A DNA stretch of 64,000 bases, from assembly GCF_009914755.1 (NCBI RefSeq), contig NC_060926.1; one strand, 5' to 3'. Below the pieces are notes generated by a model. The model was given only the letters and a program-made list of their open reading frames with translations. It ran no database searches and had not been told where the DNA came from. The translations under genes were made by a program, and so were the position numbers. This document shows, one piece after another, positions 57,005-64,000 of this stretch. The DNA comes from the human T2T-CHM13v2.0 reference genome, Homo sapiens. The stretch's first letter is position 1. Every line of letters starts with the position of its first letter.

Positions 57005-57305
57005 CAGTGGTCCCCAACCTTTTTGGCACCAGGGACTGGTTGCATGGAAGACAAGTCTTCCATGGACTGGTGGTTGTGGGGGATGGTGGTTTTGGGATGA
57101 TTCAAGTACGTTACATCTATTGTGTACTTTATTTCTATTATTACATTGTAATATATAATGAAAAAATACACAACTCACCATAATGTAGAATCAGTGGGAG
57201 CCCTGAGCTTGTTTTCCTGCAACTAGATGGTCTCATCTGGGGGTGATGGGAGACAGTGACAGATCATCAGGCATTAGATTATCATAAGGGGCACACAGCC
57301 TAGAT
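57005..57305. mobile_element. MER1 (hAT-Charlie) element, truncated
   Basis: cagtggtccccaacctttttggcaccagggactgg...caactcaccataatgtagaatcagtgggagccctgagc. Confidence 0.85.
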
Positions 57306-57307
57306 CC

Positions 57308-58257
57308 TGCCAGGTACGTGGACAACCAGAGGGTGAGCAAGGCAGAGAGGGTCTTCATTGAGCAGCAGTACAGTTCTCAGAATACTTGAAGTGGGTAGCT
57401 TCTATCCACAGGCAGGGTGTCCTGACAAGTCTGTTCAGTTCTCAGCTGAGGGGAGACCCACAGTGGGTAGCTTGTCTCTGCGGACAGGTTGTTCTGATAT
57501 CTGGCCGAGTCTGGCTGAGTCCAGCATTTTTATGGGCTTCAGAAGGAAGGAAGCGTGTGCTGATTGGTCCATGGGCGGCCATGGGCAGGCCAGAAAAAGC
57601 ACCATAAGTTATCACTCTGGTAGGTGGAACTGGCAGCCTGGCCCCCAGGCCTCAGGCCATCCCTGGCGTGAAGGTGGGGTTTTACCTTCCATCCCTGGCG
57701 TGAAGGTGGGGACCTGCCCCTTTTTGCCTGGGAGTATGTCTGCCTCCTCCCAGTGTCCATGGCACCTAAATTGTGCCAAGGGGCGCCTGCAGGCCCATAC
57801 CGAGCCACCCTCACCCCCTCTAAGCGCCCCCTTGGCTTCCCTCCTGTGTTCATTGGTGCCCAAAGTCTGGAGGGGTGGCAGAGGGCTGGCATGTCAGCGC
57901 TGCCCCAAGTGTGCTTATACGTGGCCAGGTTGCGACAGTGCCTAGGACTTGGCCTCGACTTTGCTCTGAAATCAGAGCTGGTGCCGGGAGCCGAGAGTGT
58001 CTAGGCAGCGAGAGCAGGCCCTTCCAAGCCTGTGGGGGCTGGGGGTGCTAACTGGACCCCCAAGAATGCAGGGATGCCCGGGTCCACAGCCATGGCTGGG
58101 TGGCTGCAGCTGCATCCAGGAGGTCAGAGCTCCTGCCCCACCAATTCGGAAGGGGGAGGGGCTCTTGCCTGTTCCCGTCTCCCGCTGGCTGCCCTGTCCC
58201 ACCTGTGCCTCCCCTGCTACAGCAGCGGCTGCTCCATATGGGCCCCCACTGCCATCA
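57308..58257 (-). mobile_element. MER52-like ERV1 LTR
   Basis: Minus-strand start tgatggcagtggggg...ggagcagccgctg; GC-rich body; CCAAT box. Confidence 0.75.
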
Positions 58258-58364
58258 CTACTACTGTCTCCCCAAATGGATCCCCCCAAAGAGCTTTTAG
58301 AGTTTTATTCTTACCCCTTCTCTTCCCCTTTATCTGCCCTTCACTGTCTGAATCTGGGCTGTCT

Positions 58365-58670
58365 CACATGATAACCACTAGGCACATGTGGCTATTGAGC
58401 TCTTGAAATGCTGCGAATCTGAATTGAGGTAGACTATAAATGTAAAATACACACCAAATTCTAAATATGAAGAAAAGAATGTAAACTATTTCATACATGT
58501 TTCAATGTTGATTACATGTTTTACATGGTGATATTTTGTGTATATTACGTTACATAAAATACATTTTAAAAATTAAGTTTACCTGTTTCTATTTATCTTT
58601 TATGTGGCTACCAGAACATTTAAAATTACATCTGTGGCTTGCATTACATTTCTTCTGGAGAACACTGGTC
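58365..58670. mobile_element. MER33/MER3-like hAT element
   Basis: ccactaggcacatgtggctattgagc...tttaaaattacatctgtggcttgcatt. Confidence 0.75.
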
Positions 58671-58675
58671 TAAAT

Positions 58676-58677
<2 letters not shown>

Positions 58678-58718
<41 letters not shown>
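58678..58718. repeat. (GT)n microsatellite
   Basis: About 20 uninterrupted GT units. Confidence 0.93.
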
Positions 58719-58719
<1 letters not shown>

Positions 58720-59049
58720 TCCCTGTATTCCCAACATAGTGTCCTGTAAAAGGCCCCAGGATTCATCCATCCCTTCCCTTCTCGCTTCCCTTCCTCTTTT
58801 TTTTTCTTCCCTTCTCTTTGCTTGCAATGTGTCTGCTAAGTGAATCTCTGGAGGAGAGAATGTTAAAGCATTTGAACGGTGACAAGATTGCTCAGACAGA
58901 AGGTTTCTAGTGCTTTATACCAGTCCAAAGAGTTAAGACGGTTGTGTTTTCTCTGATTACAAGTGAACAGCAAACATCTGTCGAGGAGTTTTTACAGGGT
59001 ATTTGTACTTTCACATGATCTAATTTTACTATCTTCATAAGTAGTATGA

Positions 59050-59280
59050 GGCTGGGCATGGTGGCTAACGCCTGCAATCCCAGTACCTTGGGAGGCTTTT
59101 GGGAGGCTGAGGCAGGTGGATTACTTGAGGCCAGGAGTTTGAGACCAGCCTGGCCAACATGGGGAAACCCTGTATCTACTAAAAATTAGTTGAGCATGGT
59201 GGCACAGCCTATAGTCCCAGCTGCTGCCCCTCTCCACTCCCGCCCCAGAGGTGGAGGTTGCAGTGAGTGGAGACTGTGCT
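59050..59280 (+). mobile_element. Alu SINE, rearranged and 3'-truncated
   Basis: Left arm intact; right arm disrupted; no tail. Confidence 0.8.
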
Positions 59281-59640
59281 GGAAAGGCATTGCCTCAATA
59301 GTGGGGGTATGATAAGGACTCCTAGAAGTTAAGCACTACTTTAGCTCCTCTTCTCTCCTTACTCCCTAGAAGATTCAGTTGCTGGCGTGGCATATCTCTT
59401 TAAAAGTTCCTTATGGGATTCTAACATCCTTTTCCCAAGTCTGCCCTGAAAATGAGCTCTCTGGAGAAGGGTGGTGGTGCCATGTATCCTAAACTGCATC
59501 AGAGTCCTTTGGGGAGAGAAAATGTAGATTCCTCAGCTGGCTGCTGCTGTGCTTTCCTAGGAAGGGGGATGGGTTTACACCAGACAAGTCAATCAGCATA
59601 TTTGCCTGACTGGTGTGGTGGAGCTTGGGGTAAGTGGTAA

Positions 59641-59958
<318 letters not shown>

Positions 59959-61401
59959 TGGTTTCCACTTTTGCAAAATGCAGGCTGGCTCACCCAAACT
60001 GCTCATGGGGGATGTGAAGGCTGGGTGCAGCTGTTGGTGTAGGTTAAGGATTGGGTGCGGGTATTGTATGAACACATCTGGTCCTCCACTTCCCCCACCA
60101 GAACATGATGCTGGTTTGTTGTGTGTAAGGGGTCATTCTTTCTTCTAGGGGTTAGCAAAAGGACAAAGGGTGGAGAGTAGCTACAGGTGTAGGTGCTGTG
60201 TAGGGTTTACATCCTGGCTTCCCTTGTCAGCTGTGACTTTATGCAGGTTACTTTAACCCTCTGTGCTTAGTTCCTTCATCTGCAAGTGGAGATAATAAGG
60301 GTAGCCCCTGAAAGGGGTTGTGGGGAAAGTTGCATGCAGTTCTTCGGAAGCATCTGGCTGGCTAGTGAGCATTGGGTAATGGTCCAGCTGCTCTGCCATG
60401 ATCATTAGTGTTATCTGACACTTCTGGTGAACTTCAGGCTAGGATCTGCCAGGACGATCTAAGCAGACTTAATAGCTTTAGCAGAGAACATCTGTGAGCC
60501 CCGCGGCAGGCTCTGGCTTGAAGAAGTTAGGACAGCTGAAGGTGGTGGAAGGAGGTGAAGAAGCTTGGAGACAGGGAGGCCACCTGCACTATTTGCCAGT
60601 GGTTGTGCGTTTGCAGCTCTTTACAGGATATATAAGCCCTTGTGAAGGACAGACGCTGTCACCATGGATTCCAATAAGGCTTTCTTAGCCTGCCTCAGGA
60701 GGGAATGACTGTCCTTGCATTGATAACTGAGCAGGACCCGGGGAAGATCCTGTTGAGCTGGAGCCAGGCCAGTGTGTTGCCAAGGCCGTGGGGCTAGCCT
60801 TGGGGGCTGGGTTGGGCCTGGGAGCAACGGGAAGGAAGTGAAGTCATTTTTCAGCTTTGTGTTATCAGACCATTGCCTAGAAGACATATTTCTGGTGGGA
60901 GCCTTGTTACCTGGTAACTCATTCAACTTCTGAATGCTGGCCTCTTGCCCTCATCTTGTCTCCCCTCCTGCAGGATCTCCCAGGGCCCTGGACTCTGGCT
61001 GGCAGGAGGCAGAAGCCTGGGCCGCTAGGAAGAGGGGAGTAGGAGCCTCAGGATTGTCTTCTGCTCTGACTTCCCTTCAGTTTTCAAAAAATCCTGGTGT
61101 GGTCTGGAAGAATAGAGTTTATTTTTCCTTCTAGTAAGGGTGTGATCTTGGCTGGGGGCTTTTCATGGGGTTGTCATATTTTATCTACTTGTTTGCATAT
61201 CGAGTTCAATCTGGATTTTTCTCTCAGCACTTCCGGCTCTCCTTTTGTTAGAATAGTTTCATAGATTTATTTTTTTTTAAATGAGTAATAGTACCAGTGT
61301 ATTTTTCTTTCTAGAAGGACCTTGCTAAACATGTGTAAAATAGGAGTAGATATGAATATTTGGAGATTGGTGAAGTGATAAGAATGAGAATACACATGTT
61401 T

Positions 61402-61741
<340 letters not shown>

Positions 61742-61949
61742 TCACCATGTAATTTTCTTGTACTCGTGGTGTTAGGACCTTTTGCTGAAGACTGGCGGGT
61801 TGTCAGCTGAAACTCTGGGCCTGATTTAGGGACTTCCCTTAAAGAATATGACCAGAAGGAGATGGCAGTGAGGCAAGCGAAGAGTCCAAAGGTGTGTCTT
61901 TCTTTTCTAGTTGTTAGGGTTTTAACGGAATTAAAACCATATTTAGTAA

Positions 61950-62400
61950 ATGCTACTAATTGAGCTGCTGACTATGTACTGGGAACTTTAGGTATATTCT
62001 CTCATTTAGTCCTTAGACGAATCCTTTGAGGTTATTGATCTCCTTTTACCATTGAGGGTAATACAGCTAAGTGATGAGTGACTTCCCTAAGGTCCCACAG
62101 TTAGGATCTGAACAGAGTTGGGATTTCAACCCAGGTTCGTTCTGTCCTCCCAACCATGTTATTTCCACTGTGTTACATTGTCCCCTTAAGGAGACTTACT
62201 GATATTAGGAGGAGGGGTAGAAATAACATGTTTGGGATGCCTACTATGCACCAGACATGATGCTAAGTGCTTCACCATTATTTCTTTAACACCAATGACC
62301 ATGTGGGGTAGGTGCTGTTATTACTGCAATTTCACAGAAGATGAAACCGAGGTTTAGAGATGTTAAGTGCCTTGCAAACTGTGTATTGAAGTGGGATGAC
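61950..62400 (-). mobile_element. Two MIR SINE fragments
   Basis: gtgacttccctaaggtcccacag...ggatttcaacccagg and acagaagatgaaaccgaggtttagagatgttaagtg. Confidence 0.65.
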
Positions 62401-64000
62401 CTTAGTGGTCTGAGAATCTACTGTTGGAATAATGAACTTAGGAGCATGAATAGAAACTGTATTTTCAGTGGATTGTCAAATATTTGTGGAGTGTCGGTGT
62501 TGCTGAAGATTCTGTGTCTGAAATACTCTTCAGAGACACCAAGAAGTGTAAGACGTGCCCTGCTCTTGAGGAGTTGACAGTCTGCTTAGGAGAGTTACTA
62601 CACCCAGGAAGGAAAGTTTCCCAGAGGAGATGTTTGAGTTATGCAAGGGTAAGGTGGGCTTGGAAGGGGGATGTATTGGGGACAGGGAAAATAACCTAGC
62701 TACGATATGGAGAAAAGGTAGATTTCTTAGTTAGAGCAGACCTTCCTGATTCTGGAGGGCCTTGGGGGCCAGGGTTTGATCTTAGAGATGTTGGTACCTA
62801 AGACGCCTTATTGAAGGCCCTGCTTTTAGTGAGTAGGGGCTGGAGTAAGGGTGTTCCGGACGGTTCACCTGGCAGGTGTGCAGGATGAAATCAGGGGAGG
62901 GGCATGAGGATGGAGAAAGGCCCACCAGGTTAGAAAGCTGGTGTAAGCTACTGAGTAGGAGACAGTTAAGACAGGGACGCTTGTCAGAGTTAGCAATTCG
63001 ACTGGCTGTGGTTCTTAAGCAAAGGTGAGTAATGTTGAGAAAAAAGGCAGACATCTTACTGATGTGATTGAGTTGGATGCTCAGAGGAGAGAGGTACATT
63101 TGTCCAGGACTGGATGATTGTCAGAGGCTCTAAGAGGAACATGTGAGTTTATTTTCCCCCAGAAGGATGGATTTGCATTTGTTATTAGAAAATTCTCCAC
63201 TTTGGTTTCTTGTCTTAGCTCTACACAGTTCCCATTCATTACCTTAACATTGTACTGAGAGAGACCCAGGTCTGACCTGTATAGCAGTTTGAGTCGAGGG
63301 GCTGTCAAAGGGGTTGCCAAAGTCATCTAAAGGACTTGGCAACAGAAGTAGCATTATGACTTGGATCCACTTCTTTATAGACCAATATTGGCAGCCATGA
63401 AGGCTGGCTTGTCCTGGGTGCGGAATTCAGTTTTAGTGGCTGAATGCACAGACAGCAGGAAGAGAGAATAGGGGACAATGAACAACAGAGAGAGAAGAAA
63501 TGCAGTGTGTAGGGAACCTGCAGGTGGTAACAGTTGAAACTCATATCAATGATCTTGCCTATTTACCACTCCATGTGCCTCACTCTGGCTGTTCTAATCC
63601 AGCAGTAACCAGTATTGTATTCTAGGGTCCTTCCCCAAATTGGAGCTACCCCCAGAATTTCTCAGGCTTTTAATTCCTGAAAATCTTTTAAACTAAAACT
63701 TCTAGGTCAGTTGTCCCCAGGGGAACTGAGGCTGTTTTCTAGCCTGCTGTCATTGTCAGCAAAAGCTTGTCTACATGCTAATTATTCCAACTTTCAGTGA
63801 AGCAATTCAGTGAGTGATCAGTAGGAAATAAGCTTTGAGAGTTGGTTGGTTTCCTAGCATTGTCCTCTTTAATAAATAGAAATGAGACCAAATTTGGGGA
63901 CCTCATCTTGCCAAGGAAGAATTGTAGAGGTTAACCTCTCATGTGGAGAGGGCCTTGATTAGGATGCACCTCAGAGGTGGGCCTGTGTGGGTGGTTCTGC

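Noticed and set aside
63382-63897. Perfect CArG boxes CCAATATTGG (63382) and CCAAATTTGG (63888), plus CCAAATAAGG (28957)
   Set aside because: A handful of CC(A/T)6GG matches is expected by chance in 64 kb; SRF ChIP or conservation data would be needed

Overview
Human genomic DNA, shown by a near-consensus AluYa5 and primate Alu/L1PA/LTR12 repeats. I found no credible protein-coding exon. Bases 1-19.2 kb are repeat-rich upstream DNA: an ERV1 remnant, and a nearly complete MLT1D MaLR provirus carrying a nested LTR12 and five Alus. A CpG island at about 19.3-21.1 kb holds a + strand non-coding first exon ending at GAG|GTAAGA (19751/19752). The remaining 44 kb reads as the long first intron of that gene, which I cannot name with confidence; an unverified recollection suggests SORBS1. 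There are four main leads. (1) A 1.4-kb VNTR of 40/44-nt units (50612-52029), preceded by a candidate 77-nt exon whose donor lies in an inverted copy of the repeat unit. (2) A candidate orphan box C/D snoRNA with canonical K-turn geometry (44292-44367). (3) A sense-oriented intronic LTR12 with 8 CCAAT boxes and a perfect decamer expansion. (4) Paired TAATGG/CCATTA palindromes in a homeodomain-site cluster. Repeat family names come from recalled consensus features and boundaries are approximate; RepeatMasker/Dfam should confirm them.
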